DNA of 64,000 nt, taken from the NCBI GenBank assembly GCA_951406725.2, contig OX597835.1, positions 4,464,001 to 4,528,000 of the forward strand. The letters run 5' to 3'. This document shows, piece by piece, positions 15,549 through 29,300 of this stretch. Below the pieces are notes generated by a model. That model was not told the DNA's origin. It was given only the letters and a program-made list of their open reading frames with translations, and ran no database searches. The first letter of the stretch is position 1. The number at the start of each line of letters is the position of its first letter. The DNA is from Octopus vulgaris. Lineage: Eukaryota. Made by a program: the position numbers and the translations under genes.

Positions 15549-16399
15549 AGAGAGGTGGGGGAGAGAGAGAGACAAATAGAAGGGTGTGTACTCATTTGTA
15601 GATTGCAGTTATGTACAAAAAATGACAGTGTATTGCTCAAGCACAGAACACTCAGCCTGGAGTAGAATTCGAACCCACGAACTTATAATTTGTCAGTCCG
15701 GCACCCAAACGTCCCACGCACGGGTCTATAATACTGTATCCCTTACATAAAGAATATTATCAAAGATATGATGTTACAGTGTACAATATGTTAATATAAC
15801 ATAGGATATTATTTCATAATTCGTTCCAGTATATGATATCAGAGTGTAGCTGTTAAATATCTAACATGGTTTCATCATAATCTTATGACTTGGATATGCT
15901 TCGACCCACATTGGCCCAGATCAGATCTAACTTAAGACCCATTCAAGAAGGGAGTTCGGGTTGACTGAGATATGTTCAAGAATGGGTGGTTTGTTGGGTA
16001 TCTACTGAAGACATTTCTCCAAACATCCTTTGATGGTTATTATAACACTTACACGCACGTACGCACAAACACACACACACACACACACGCACAAGCGCGC
16101 GCACACGCACACACACACATACACACCCACCTTACATTACCCCCACATCACATTTCCTTTACTTCTTTCTGTCATTTGAATGCGACCATTTTGAAGGGGT
16201 TCTTTAGTCAAACAAATCAACATCAGGACCTATTTTTTTGAAGCCTGGTACTAATTCTGTCGGTCCATTCTGCCGAAGCGCTCAGTTACGGGGACATAAA
16301 CACACCAGCACTGATTATCAAGTGGTAATGGGGGTCAAACACACACAGAAACACACACACAGATATATATATATATATATATGTAAGTATACATGTATT

Positions 16400-16432
<33 letters not shown>

Positions 16433-16456
16433 ATACATATATATATGTATGTAAGT

Positions 16457-16535
<79 letters not shown>

Positions 16536-16983
16536 TATAGCAAAATATGATCAGTGGAAATTCATATAATTTTTTCCTACATCCTTTTAACCATTATGGT
16601 TGTTTGAATCCCTGCATTTGACGTTACAAGTTCAATTAAATACTTAACCAAAACGGACAATCGGGGAAAATTTATACATATATATATATATATATATAAT
16701 TGCGTTGGGATATATGCTGGAGTATGACGGTATAATATATAAATCCCAACATATTGAAATATAGCAATATAATCGCATCATATATGATACGATATCATAT
16801 TTTGACTAAATGTATAATATATTAATAAAATTTAGTATATTCCTTTGAATGAAAACAATATGTGGTACTATAGAATAACAATATGAGGTACTATAGGATA
16901 ACAATATATATCAAATTGTATAATATTTGAGATTATACAAATACGAAACTGAATGAGAACAAACATAATATCATTCTATATGA

Positions 16984-17121
16984 CAAATTCCGCCGAGGTC
17001 GACTTTGCTTTTCATCCTTTCAGGGTCGATAAATTAATTGCCAGTTGCGTACTGGGGTCGATCTAATCGACTGGAACCTTCCCCAAAAATTTCGGGCCTT
17101 GTGCCTAGAGTAGAAAAGAAT
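16984..17121 (+). mobile_element. SINE family B, 5'-truncated, alternative 3' tail
   Basis: CAAATTCCGCCGAGGTCGACTTTGCTTTTCATCCTTTCAGGGTCGATAAATT...CTGGGGTCGATCTAATCGACT, then the tail CCCCAAAAATTTCGGGCCTTGTGCCTAGAGTAGAAAAGAAT. Confidence 0.85.
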
Positions 17122-17760
17122 AACATACTATATGAAATAGATTTGTAACATTACATATCATACTAAGACACATCATTTGGTTTACGCAGTTAATATATAT
17201 ATATATACCCTCTCATATACGCATCACTTTGTGTATATGTATATTTCAAATATAAAAAAAAAAAATTATCAGTTCAATACAAAACGGATATTTAGCTAAA
17301 ATGTAATTTTACCTTTATATGATTAGGTATGTGAACAGGAGAATATATATGAATTCTCATATTTCTTTGTATTCATGCATGTATGAATATATACATACAT
17401 ACATATATGTATATATATAATCCATGTGTATATGTATGTGTGTATATATGTATATGTATAAATATATGTATATACATACACACACATATCCACACATATG
17501 TGGAGTGTGGGCGTGCATGAGTGCGTGTATGCGCATATATATATATATATATATATTTATGCATACATATATGTATACATGCATATATAGATATAACACA
17601 TATATACATATATATATATATATGTGCATATATATGTGTATGTATGTGAGCATCTGTATAATATGTATGCACTTGTATTTATATTGTATGTACGAATGTA
17701 TATATATCTATATCTATGTCTATATCTATATATCTGTCTAGCTCTCTTTCGTTTTCTCTC

Positions 17761-17801
<41 letters not shown>

Positions 17802-17829
17802 ATACATACACACATACACACATACATAT

Positions 17830-18180
17830 GCAGGAGTGGCAGTGTGATACGTAGCGTGGCACCTTGGGTAAGGGTCTTCTACTATAGCCTCGGCCCGACC
17901 AAAGCCTTGAGTGGATTTGGTAGACGGAAACTGGAAGAAGCCCGTCATATATATATATATATGTGTGTGTGTCTGTATGTTTTGTGTGTCTGTGTTTGTT
18001 CCCCACTCTCGCTTGACAACCGATGCTGGTGTGTTTACGTCCCCGTGACTTAGCGGTTCAGCAAAAGCGTTTGATAGAATAAGTACTAGGCTTACAAAGA
18101 ATAAATCATGGGGTCGATTTGTTCGACTAAAGGCGGTGCTCCAGTATGGCTGCGGTCAAATGACTGAACCAAGTAAAAAA
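17830..18180 (+). mobile_element. SINE family A with a deletion in the tRNA head
   Basis: Collinear with 61423-61940, with an internal (TA)/(TG) tract. Confidence 0.9.
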
Positions 18181-18211
18181 GTAATATGTATATATGTCTG
18201 TATAAATCTAC

Positions 18212-18256
<45 letters not shown>

Positions 18257-18500
18257 TCTGTTTCTGTTTCTCTCTAAAGTGGACCCCCATCACAACATAC
18301 ATTGGAAAGGAAAAGAAAAGGGTTTTAAAGCGTTTTTTTTTGTGAAACGAATTTGTAAGAAATTGTAAAGAGGAGAGGAGAGAAGTGACCGGAGTTCGTC
18401 TAATGGTCACTCGAGGTCGAGAGAGGGATAAACAGATAGATTGATTAATAGGTAGATAACGTGAATTACTGGCAGGTTGGTAGACAGACAGACATACAGA

Positions 18501-18705
<205 letters not shown>

Positions 18706-18998
18706 ACTTAGAGAGAGAGAGAGAGCGGGGAGAGGAGATAAACGGAATGAAAGAGAGCAATGGCGTGTTGGTGTTGGAAAGCCTCCTACTTCATAACATA
18801 ATATTTATTTTGTATGGTGAAGTCATTTATTGAGCTTAATGTTTATTTAAATGGTTTCTCTATGGTTTAAGATGTTATTAGAAGAGGAATCACATTTAAT
18901 AAATATTTTTACTATTAATTTCTTACCTTAATACAATTAAGATCCAATGATTTGTAGCGGATGCACAGCTACATAACTACACACACACATACACGCTG

Positions 18999-19044
<46 letters not shown>

Positions 19045-19171
19045 ACACACACACACACACATGCACACACATGAACACGCACCCACTCGTTTGGATTTAT
19101 GTGTTTATATATTTGCATAAATGTTTGTGATTGCATGCGTGAGTGTTTGCATTGTTATATATGCACACATC

Positions 19172-19239
<68 letters not shown>

Positions 19240-19477
19240 GTGGCGCTGAACGGGTGGCGCTGAAATGTTCCTGGTTTTAGCTAAAAGAAAATTCAAGAGT
19301 ATCAGTTAATTATGATTTTATCCAACATATACCATTCTCAGATTCCTACACTTATTGCAGCGGTCCTTCAGTTTTTCCAAGCCCTGTAAAAGAACTCAGA
19401 AAGTTGGGCTTCCAGCCAGGCCTTTTGCGATACCCTTAAAGCCAGGAACTTTTCAGTACCATCTTTTGTGTGAGTGT

Positions 19478-19518
<41 letters not shown>

Positions 19519-19633
19519 CACATATATATGTAGATAGATACATACATGCATACACAACACACACACACATGCCATGATAGATCGCTAGACACTACACATT
19601 CTTTATTTTCTCTCCTTGTTTCTTTCTGTGTTC

Positions 19634-19669
19634 CTTTCTGTAGAAGAGCGTAGGCTCGAAACGTTAAAG
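19634..19669 (+). ncRNA. Degenerate minimal type I hammerhead motif within a short dispersed element (~19590-19770)
   Basis: CTTT CTGTAGA A GAGC-GTAG-GCTC GAAA CG TT AAAG: stem I CTTT/AAAG, stem II GAGC/GCTC, palindromic ACGT stem III. The core has A6U. Confidence 0.55.
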
Positions 19670-19800
19670 ACTTTTTCCCTTCCCGAGCGTTAAACTAATA
19701 CATCTGTCTGTTGTCTACACCACCTGTCTTCGTCTTTGGATATTTTTTTTTGTGAATTCTCCCTATATGTTTATATATATACATATATATAGCTGTTAAA

Positions 19801-20165
19801 AAGGACAACAAACATTAAGACAAGAAAAACATCCCAAGTCATATACGTTATTATTGGAAAAATTCAAAGTCATACCTCTTTCTGGGATATCCCAGAGTAT
19901 GGGATATTCCGTCATCGGAGACAAATAGTGTAAATGAGAAGGGTATAGATTTCTTCTCTTTTTTCATCTCATTCATTTTCTCCTATCCTCTGAGACATCA
20001 TATCATTAATCTATACTCTTTTCATTTTCACTTTTAGTCTCCGATGATGGAATATCCCATACTCTGGGATATCCCAGAAACAGCTGTAAGACTTTGAATT
20101 TTTTCCAATAATAATAACGTATATGACATGAGATGTTTGCCTTGCCTTAACGTTTGTTGTCCTCT
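19801..20165. mobile_element. Inverted-repeat element (~150-bp arms) carrying hammerhead motifs, Penelope pLTR/retrozyme-like
   Basis: 19801-19952 is the diverged reverse complement of 20008-20165. Each arm contains the hammerhead fold. Confidence 0.8.
20036..20093 (+). ncRNA. Type I hammerhead ribozyme (U4C core variant)
   Basis: AGTCT CCGATGA TGGAATATCCCA-TACTC-TGGGATATCCCA GAAA CAGCTG TA AGACT. Stem I is a perfect 5 bp, stem II is 12 bp with 1 mismatch, stem III is the palindrome ACAGCTGT, and the cleavage triplet is GUA. Confidence 0.75.
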
Positions 20166-20314
20166 TTATCATTTATATATCCGCTGAATCGGAAATCTAC
20201 AATGGTTCCATAACTTCCGCCACGGCTATGACCTTGGAGCCCTGGTAATCCGTTACAGTACTTACCTAGCGTACTTAGTCCTTTAGATCACCTGTGAACT
20301 AAACCCCCATACTT

Positions 20315-20354
<40 letters not shown>

Positions 20355-20444
20355 TGCATACGTATATATATATATATATATATATACACATACATATATA
20401 TATATATATATATACATATATACATACATACATACATACATACA

Positions 20445-20480
<36 letters not shown>

Positions 20481-20587
20481 TATAATCCAAACTGTAGAAC
20501 GACCATACATTAACATCTTATGACTGCGACCATGCTACAGCACTCATCAGACTACACTCAAATGCTTTCTAACATAAACATATCATT

Positions 20588-20662
<75 letters not shown>

Positions 20663-20699
20663 TGCTAGCTAGCTAGCTACTTATCTCGCACACGTGAAA

Positions 20700-21205
20700 A
20701 GTTTGAGACAGGGGCAGTATATACTCCTAAATTATTCACACCCTATTCAGAAGAAGTGTCTCCAAAGCTGTCTTGAAAACAAAACGAAATGAGAATTAAA
20801 CGCGACGGCAAATTTCTGATACTCTTCCCATTCGTAGACGACAAGAATCTAGTGCCTGTCGCTTTGACCAACTTTAAGCTATGTTAGAAGAACTAAATGC
20901 AGACAACATGACAATAAGTCTAAGAATCAAAGGGAAGGAAGATGAAAGGAAATACTGTTCAAGAAACTGATGCAGGAAGTTCTTTGTTTCCAAACGTAAA
21001 GCAACATTCTTTGAAACAGTAGAAAGTTACACGGATGGGGTCTAGCTTGTTACAACCCAATCAGGGGACGAAATAAAATAACCTTGGTTGGCAAATCTTC
21101 GGAGGGTAAGTTCCGTGTTTCAAGAATAAAACTGGATCTAAGCTTTTAAAGATGAGTTCACCACTTAATGTATCTTCGCATACATGTTCTACGGTGCTGA
21201 AACAG
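20700..21205 (+). pseudogene. Decayed reverse transcriptase of an RTE-clade LINE
   Basis: Fragmented translation LRQG..TPKLFTPYSEEV..DGKFLILFPFVDD..MLEELNA..ETVESY..CIFAYMFYGAET. It follows RTE RT motifs (GVRQG..SPKLF, L.FADD, MLEELN, YGAETW) but has stops and frameshifts. Confidence 0.75.
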
Positions 21206-21220
21206 ATGGAATCAGATAAA

Positions 21221-21517
21221 ATAATATATATAAAAGTGAAGTTGTGTGTCTGTCTCCTACGATTTAGATTCCTAACTACTTCCACATTTTGCGGTGCAGT
21301 TTAACCAAAACCCGGTATCTTATAGCTGTGATTCATATCGAGCCCTTCTGGGTATTAGCGCGCGTCTACGATGAGTCTACGATTTAAAAAAAAAAATACC
21401 ATCATTTTTTTTCCATTTTTGATGCATTTTTTTGCTATTTTTTGGCTATAACTCTCTAAAAATGCTTATATAGTTATTTCCCTTACAAACGCGAGCAACG
21501 CCGGGCGATACTGCTAG
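21221..21517 (+). mobile_element. Non-autonomous Helitron
   Basis: 5' ATAATATATATAAAAGTGAAGTTGTGTGTCTGTC; 3' GC-rich imperfect hairpin (CGAGCAACGCCGGG) followed by CTAG|T at 21514-21518. The 5' TC is not clearly preserved. Confidence 0.7.
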
Positions 21518-22302
21518 TAGTATATAAACAAACTAAGAACAGTTGATCATGTTTAAGAAAGCAAAAGCAGTGGAAGAACATGGAATGAGAGGAAAACCTC
21601 AAAGAAATGGATCGGGAACCAAATAAAGATAAATGAAAATTGTCGAGTTTATAAAATTATTGGTTTGGGTCGTGTTAATAGAGCGAGTGGGGAGAGATTG
21701 AGGGAAAAGTTGGCTGTGGATTCTGGGAGAAAGAGAGAGAAATTTACAGAGAACAAAAAGGGATAGAATGGAGAACGGAATTGGGGGGGGGGAGAAGAAT
21801 GGTGGTGGTGGTGGTGGTGGTGGAGGGGTAGCATATGAAGACATAGGTAAGAAGGATATTTTAGTCAGTAGCGGAAGTGCAATGGGTCCATTTGAGTGAC
21901 CGGATTGACATGTGTGACAATAAATATATGCATACATACACACGTGCATAATACATACATACATACATACATAGTACATATATGCATACATATATTTATG
22001 TGTGTGTGTGTATACGAATGCACGTATATAAATTTATATATGTCTGTATATATGTGCATGCATATATCTATAAATATATATATATATATATACATAAACA
22101 CATACACATGTTTATCTACCTGTATATATGAATATGTATGTCAACATATATATATATATATATATCTGTATATATACACACACATATATGTAAATGAATA
22201 TATATATATATATATATGTATGTATATATGTGTGTGTGTATGTATGTATGTATGTATGTATGTATGTATGTATGTATGTATGTATGTATGTATGTATGTA
22301 TA

Positions 22303-22545
22303 CAGTGGGGGCAAAAGTAGGTATACAGTTATGAAAAAAGGAAACACGTACAATAGTCAATTATTTTTATCAAAAAAATTAAAAGTTACTTTATAAGAAT
22401 TATTCTTATAATTATGAAAAATGTAATGGGATTAATGACAATGAGTGTATAAAAAATGAATCTAACTAAATTTTTTTGATAAAAATAAGGGAATATTGTA
22501 CTTGTTTCTCTTTTTCATAACCCTATACCTACATTTGAACCACTT
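22303..22545. mobile_element. Tc1/mariner-type MITE with ~80-bp TIRs
   Basis: TA|CAGTGGGGGCAAAAGTAGGTATACAGTTATGAAAAA...TTATTTTTATCAAAAAAATT is mirrored by AATTTTTTTGATAAAAATAA...TTTTTCATAACCCTATACCTACATTTGAACCACT. Confidence 0.8.
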
Positions 22546-22599
22546 ATATATATACATATGTGTGTGTATATACACTGTCTTCAAAAAAGTTTTTTCGTT

Positions 22600-22790
22600 T
22601 CATGTTCGTCTCTGTTGCGTTGCATTCTTTCCTTCTGGGGCTGGCCGATTCAGAGCGGATCTCAGAATTAAACAGCCGAAATCTGCGATGAGGAATCGGT
22701 TTCTGACTGAAGAACGAAGGCTTTGAATCACCCGTCTGTCTCTTATGTTCGTCCCTTCGTGTATTTCACGTTATTTATTTATGTAAAGGT
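22600..22790 (+). repeat. Dispersed structured repeat (homolog on the minus strand at ~39090-39380)
   Basis: Shared GGGGCTGGCC..GATT..AGC..ATCTC...CAGCCGAAAT..GCGA.GA.GA..CGGTT..TGACTGA.GA....AGGCTT. Confidence 0.7.
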
Positions 22791-23016
22791 TTATTATAAC
22801 ACACATATATATATATGTATATATACCGCCTTTAGTCGAACAAATTGACCCCAGGACTTATTCTTTGTTACCCTTGTACTTATTCCAGCGGATCTTTTAC
22901 CGAACCGCTAAGTTAACTATATATATATATATATATTGATAGAAATGGTAAGACAACAGAAGAAAGAAAGAGACCTCGATATTATGTAAATAGAGGAATT
23001 TATCTGTAAATGTAAT

Positions 23017-23087
23017 ATATGACAATTATTCGGTAGCCATGATAAAACACCGATTTTTATCATAGCTACCGAATAATTGTCGTATAT
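23017..23087. repeat. Inverted repeat, ~31-bp arms, 7-nt spacer
   Basis: ATATGACAATTATTCGGTAGCCATGATAAAA-CACCGAT-TTTTATCATAGCTACCGAATAATTGTCGTAT, within a (TA)n-embedded element. Confidence 0.9.
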
Positions 23088-23440
23088 ATGTCGTATATAT
23101 GATGTATATATATATATATATACACACACATCATGATGGAGGGAGAGTATGAGGCGTGATCAGTGAGCTGAAACACCACGAACCACGACCACGCCCCCAC
23201 CACCACCACCACCACATCCACCACACTGCATCCAACCATCCGTGCAATTATTTCTGCATTTCACTCTCATTATCAATCTGTTATTCAATCAAGATAACCA
23301 ATAATAAATATAATTTGTGTCAGCTCATCGATTAAAATCTGAATAGGTTGAATGGCGATCGAATTTCGTTGCAGTTTCCATTGAGAGTGAAAGGGAGAGG
23401 ATGGGAGAGGTGGATGGAGAGAGAGAAAGCGTGTGTGTGT

Positions 23441-23499
<59 letters not shown>

Positions 23500-24423
23500 C
23501 ATGATTGTTATCGTAGACAAACATTATTAAAATATAATAGACTGCGAAATATTCCAGTTGTTAGCTTTTGTTGTTCATTTTTGCTGTAGATAGAAATTGC
23601 ACATGCGGCAGCAGTGGTGGGGTTAGTGGTGGTGGCGTAGGTGGTAGTGGTGGTGGTGGTGGTGGTTTTGGTTGTGGTGGTGGTGGTTGTGGTGTTGGAT
23701 TCATATTCCTGTTTCTATTCCTAACTGATGTGTCCTCACCGCAACACAATCCCCCCATTGCCACCAAAACATTTTCAGAGAATTTCAACTACATGAAGTT
23801 TACCCATTTAAAGAACATATCTTACAACATAAAATACAGTGTTAACGTGTACATGTGTGTGTGTGTGTGTGTGTGCATGTATGTATGTGTGTGTGTCTGT
23901 GGGTGTGTGTGTGTGAGTGTCTATATGTGTGTACGCATGTTCGTGTGTGTGTGTGTCTATAGTGTTGACTAAAACAAGAAACAGACATACGTGTATATAC
24001 ATACATGCATATAGATGTATAATTGCTTGTATATACATATAATTTTGGGACTGATGGGTATATACAGATTGGTGTGCAGATGTGTTCAATAAAGCACTAG
24101 TACAGTTTGTGTTGACTGGTGTCATTAGCAGATGCAACACAATGTGAAGCACAGCATCCCACCCATAAGAGACAGTCGCAGGATGGGTCGAAACGATCGT
24201 CGTGCGCAATAAAGACTAATGCCCACTCTTCCGTTTCCTTCATCGATTATTGTGCATGCACACATACATATACATACATATATAGATATGTGCATATCTA
24301 TATATATGTATATCTATATGAATATATATGTATGTATACATATACATATGTGTGTATATATACATATATATATAAGTATATATATATATATATATATATA
24401 GTTTATATATATGTGCGTGTGTG

Positions 24424-24455
<32 letters not shown>

Positions 24456-24600
24456 GAGAGAGAGTAGAGAGAGAGATATGTATGTATATATATGTTTACG
24501 TGTGTATGTGTGTGCTTATATACATACTTGTACATAAATACTTATGTTACTTAAGTGTGTGAGTATATATATATATATATATATATATAACACATTTTGT

Positions 24601-24631
<31 letters not shown>

Positions 24632-24632
<1 letters not shown>

Positions 24633-24861
24633 CTAAAGCCATCTGAATATGGCTAGGGACAGGGCGGGTGGTGGGGGTGTTATGTTGCATGAGTATAGGC
24701 GAACATCGACGTCACCAGAAAGGCTCGACACCGTCACGGTGCCCTAAACCTGCAAAGGTGTCGAGCCTTTCTGGTGACGTCGATGTTCGCCTGGGGCTAA
24801 ATGCAACAGTAACACCCCCACCACCCTGCCCTGTCCCTAGCCATATTCAGATGGCTTTAGT
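24632..24861. repeat. GC-rich long inverted repeat (~100-bp arms) in a (TA)n-embedded element extending to ~24918
   Basis: ACTAAAGCCATCTGAATATGGCTAGGGACAGGGC...AGGCGAACATCGACGTCACCAGAAAGGCTCGACACC is mirrored after a 24-nt spacer. The 3' end (AGAGAATTATTATTGC) recurs inverted at 8381-8420. Confidence 0.92.
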
Positions 24862-24915
24862 CCCTTATGTTATCGAGCAGTTACTGTCTATATCCCTTTT
24901 AGAGAATTATTATTG

Positions 24916-24962
<47 letters not shown>

Positions 24963-25557
24963 CATATATACACAAATATACATATCTATATATATATATA
25001 TACGTACCTTTGCATATATGCAAATGCAAACGTGCATATATATATATATATGTATATAGATATATCAATATATATATCCATGTATATATTTAGATATATA
25101 TATAAAAATACATATACATATGTATATATATATATATATACATACACACATATATATATATATATTATACATGTATATATATATATATGTCTGTGTGTGT
25201 ATGTGTATATATATATATATATATACATACATACACACACATGTATACGTATATGGGTGAATATATCTATTTGGGTGTATGTCTGGTATAGAAACGACAA
25301 ATAGAAAGACAAGATGTATTCCTATCAAAAGTTATTGTTGTTTTCATAATCTCAATGCATCTGTTTGATATTTTATTGTATGTTTATTTTGATATGCAAT
25401 CTTGTAGCAATTTTTTAATTTTATTCTTATATTCATTTATTTATTTATTTATTTATTTTCCTATGTTACATATGTTAACATTATTTTCGTTGCAGCGTTT
25501 CTCGTAAGCTAGATATCGGTATACGCATATTTTTGTGTCTTTCTGCGTGTGTATCTG

Positions 25558-25603
<46 letters not shown>

Positions 25604-25762
25604 GGTGTGTATGGGTGTATGTATGTACGTATGCATATACAGATATATGTACATATATATATACATATATACATATATACACACACACCCGTACATAGAT
25701 GGATAAATAGATAGCTAGATAGATAGACATGCGCACACACATGCATACAAATATATATATAC

Positions 25763-25908
<146 letters not shown>

Positions 25909-26199
25909 GTATATATATATATATGTATATATATACATACGTATATATATATATATTTATATATACATATATATATATATACATATCATTTCATGAAGAT
26001 GCTGCTCAAATATAACTACAACTACACTACAGCGATATTGCCATGCCGCCGCCACCGCCACCGCCGACACCAGCGGCAACAACAACAACAACATGAGCCG
26101 CAGCAAAAGGTGGCACCTGGGAACAAACAAACAGGACAGAACAGACTGCAGATGCAGAGTTTGGAGAAAGGAGCAGCCACTACCTGGAGTTATTCTTTG

Positions 26200-26239
<40 letters not shown>

Positions 26240-26315
26240 CATGCACACACACACACTGTCACGCAAGCATGCGCATGCAGCACAAACATAAAACAACACA
26301 CAGAGACACACGTAC

Positions 26316-26356
<41 letters not shown>

Positions 26357-26408
26357 CTGTTCATGTAGATATATAGATAAATATATTTATACATATGCAT
26401 ATGTACAT

Positions 26409-26442
<34 letters not shown>

Positions 26443-26503
26443 TATATTTACATATATACACACATATATATTCATGAATGCATACATATATGTATGTAAA
26501 TAG

Positions 26504-26561
<58 letters not shown>

Positions 26562-27088
26562 TTACATATATATTTACACATATATATGCACATATATGTG
26601 TGTGTGTATAAATATATATTTGTATGTATATATGAGCACATTTTTGTTGTCGGCAGATTTCAGATGAAGCTCTTCTATTTGATATTTGATATCCATGAAT
26701 GATACGATATATACAAACATGGTTGCTGCTATCTTCCGCCTCATGCAACAGATTACGGAATTGTCTCAGAGATTTCCCGTGAGATATGGCAAGTCGTCAG
26801 AGGGCGGGGGTTAACTTTTTTACTTAAAGCATATTGAATGTGTAAGGGGGTAATGGTAGCGGTGGCGGTGGTGGTGGTGGTGGTGGTGGTGGTGGTTGTG
26901 GTGGAGGTGATGTTGATGGTTGAAGTGTAGCTGATGTTGGAGGTGAAGATAATGGTGGCAGTCGTGTTGGTGGTTGCGGTGATAGTGGCTTTATGGTAGT
27001 GGTGTGGTTGACGGTGGTGGCCGTGATGGGATTTCGGTGCACGACGTCATACAATATGAAGCTGTTATCAATTCATGCTTATTCCGTG

Positions 27089-27157
<69 letters not shown>

Positions 27158-27387
27158 CGTGCGTGTGTGTGAGTGTGTGTGTGTGTGCGTGCGTGTGTGT
27201 GTGTGTGTGTGTGTGTGCGTGCGTGTGTGTGTGTGTGTATGCATACACACACGTATATAGACAAGCTCGCAATATCTCACACAGTCTTAAGAACCCATGA
27301 CTTAATACATAAATATAGACACATGACCATTTATAAAATGTTGAATACCTACCGGTTCCGTGTATATACATTCACAAATATTTATGA

Positions 27388-27456
<69 letters not shown>

Positions 27457-27543
27457 CTCTTTCTGTCTATCTATGTACCTATCTTTCTTTCTCGTTTTTT
27501 GTGGTGCATATACTTTCCCCTGGATGAGACACCTGCATATGTA

Positions 27544-27594
<51 letters not shown>

Positions 27595-27878
27595 GTTTGT
27601 GTGTGTGTGTTTAGTACATTAGAAGTGATGAATCAGATCCTGGCAAATGAATCTCGAAGCGTCTACTCGTATTTTGCCCAAACAGATTGCTGACGCAAGG
27701 AATTCCATTGGTCAATTGAGCAGTCCACACAGAGTTAAACAGGTTATCCACTGGTGCTGGGGATCGGCAAATCCTTGGATCCATCAGTGGAAGAAGAAAA
27801 ATTGATAGATATATTATGTGGTTTAATTAACAATTAGTTAAACAAAAATGAATCTGCATTTGAAAACTCCAAAATTAC

Positions 27879-27918
<40 letters not shown>

Positions 27919-28130
27919 GAGTACATATGCTTCTATAAATATTCATATATTAATGCATGTTTTCGTTTTTATGTTCCTAAGAAAATATTTGCTGTAAATT
28001 TAACGTTTATTTCTAGCATGTTATGTAACCACTTGGAAATGTTCCCTTGCCATCAAAGTCTCTTGCTCTCTCTCTCTGTCTCTCTGTCTCTCCCTCTCTC
28101 TCTCTCTCTCCCCTCTCTCTCTCTCTATGT

Positions 28131-28187
<57 letters not shown>

Positions 28188-28939
28188 AGGTTCCTTTTCC
28201 TTTGGTCTTCCCTCAACAATCAATGCTTTCTTCTAATATAAATATTTCTTTCCGCTTTATTTCCTTGTAATTTCACTGAAAGACAGGAAGGAATATATTT
28301 TAATTACTGGCTTAATGAGATAATGTTTTTGTTTTGTCTTGTTCGTTAATGAATATTTATGAGTATTTAGTGATGAGTTTTGCTGTAGTAAACAAACCTT
28401 CCCTCCCACGTGATCATTAATTCACTCAAAAATATCAGATGTAAATAAATAAAGAAATATAAAGAATTCATCAAGAATTCAGTTTGAAATTTCAAAGTTT
28501 CAAAGATGCAGCTTTGTGCTGAGGGCACTGTTGGAGTGGAGGAGTGCTGAGGGCAGTGGTGAAGTGGAAGAGTGCTGGAGGGTCTGTCATGTTCATCCTA
28601 TATGGTAGAGAAACTGATGAATCTTCTCATTTATAGCTGACCTGGGGCTAAATTACAACACGTTTCTGGAAAGGATCTATAAGATTATTGTAAGGATCAC
28701 ATTTGATCAGATAATCCAACACAAAATTATAGAAGGGTTTGTCTTGACTGGAGTGTCGTTTACCATAGATTTTTCTCATTCAGATCTGAGGTTGGATTAG
28801 TCAACAATAGCAGCTGATGAGTACTAGTTATATTTAATCCCTCTTTTGCAAATGATTGACCAGTTACGAATGGAAAGACTCATAAATTCAAATCAGTTGT
28901 TGTTGATGATATCGATTAATACAACTGATGGTATTGGTT

Positions 28940-29300
28940 CAATATCCTCGTCCGTTCGGCTATTCATAATTTACAACGCTTGGTTCCGTTTATGTAGGGA
29001 GCTTGGATTTTCTAAGATTCCCTATGATATTGTGTGGAATCCCTTCGTCCTTCAGCTGCCATACATGGCAGGCTAATGACGTTGCTTATATCCTTTCCAG
29101 TATCCTGAAAGAGGATCTGTGATTGGAGAAGCGTTGCTGAACGTGTTACCGGAGCATCCGATGTATCTCCACGTTCGGGTGTTGGCGAAGTTCGTTGTTC
29201 GGACGAGGAAATTAAAGGACTCTCTCGACACAGGGAACATCCTTAACTCCAGAACGAAAGTCTTCGGACCCTGTTTGCACTTCAGGAAATTCCTGACAAT
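28940..29300. pseudogene. Penelope-like element GIY-YIG endonuclease/C-terminal remnant with an internal inversion
   Basis: Minus 29190-28940: FANTRTWRYIGCSGNTF/QRFSNHRSSFRILERI*ATSLACHVWQLKDEGIPHNI..PYINGTKRCKL*IAERTRIL. Plus from 29200: RTRKLKDSLDTGNILNSRTKVFGPCLHFRKFL. This follows the PLE pattern YIG..FK.R..NH..SF..T.L..W.LK..PY..C.LC..E..LN.R.E..C.H..KF. Confidence 0.85.

Noticed and set aside
26755-26805. Minus-strand CTGACGA...GAAA as a hammerhead
   Set aside because: Stem II pairs poorly, there is no UH after stem III, and there is no stem I complement.
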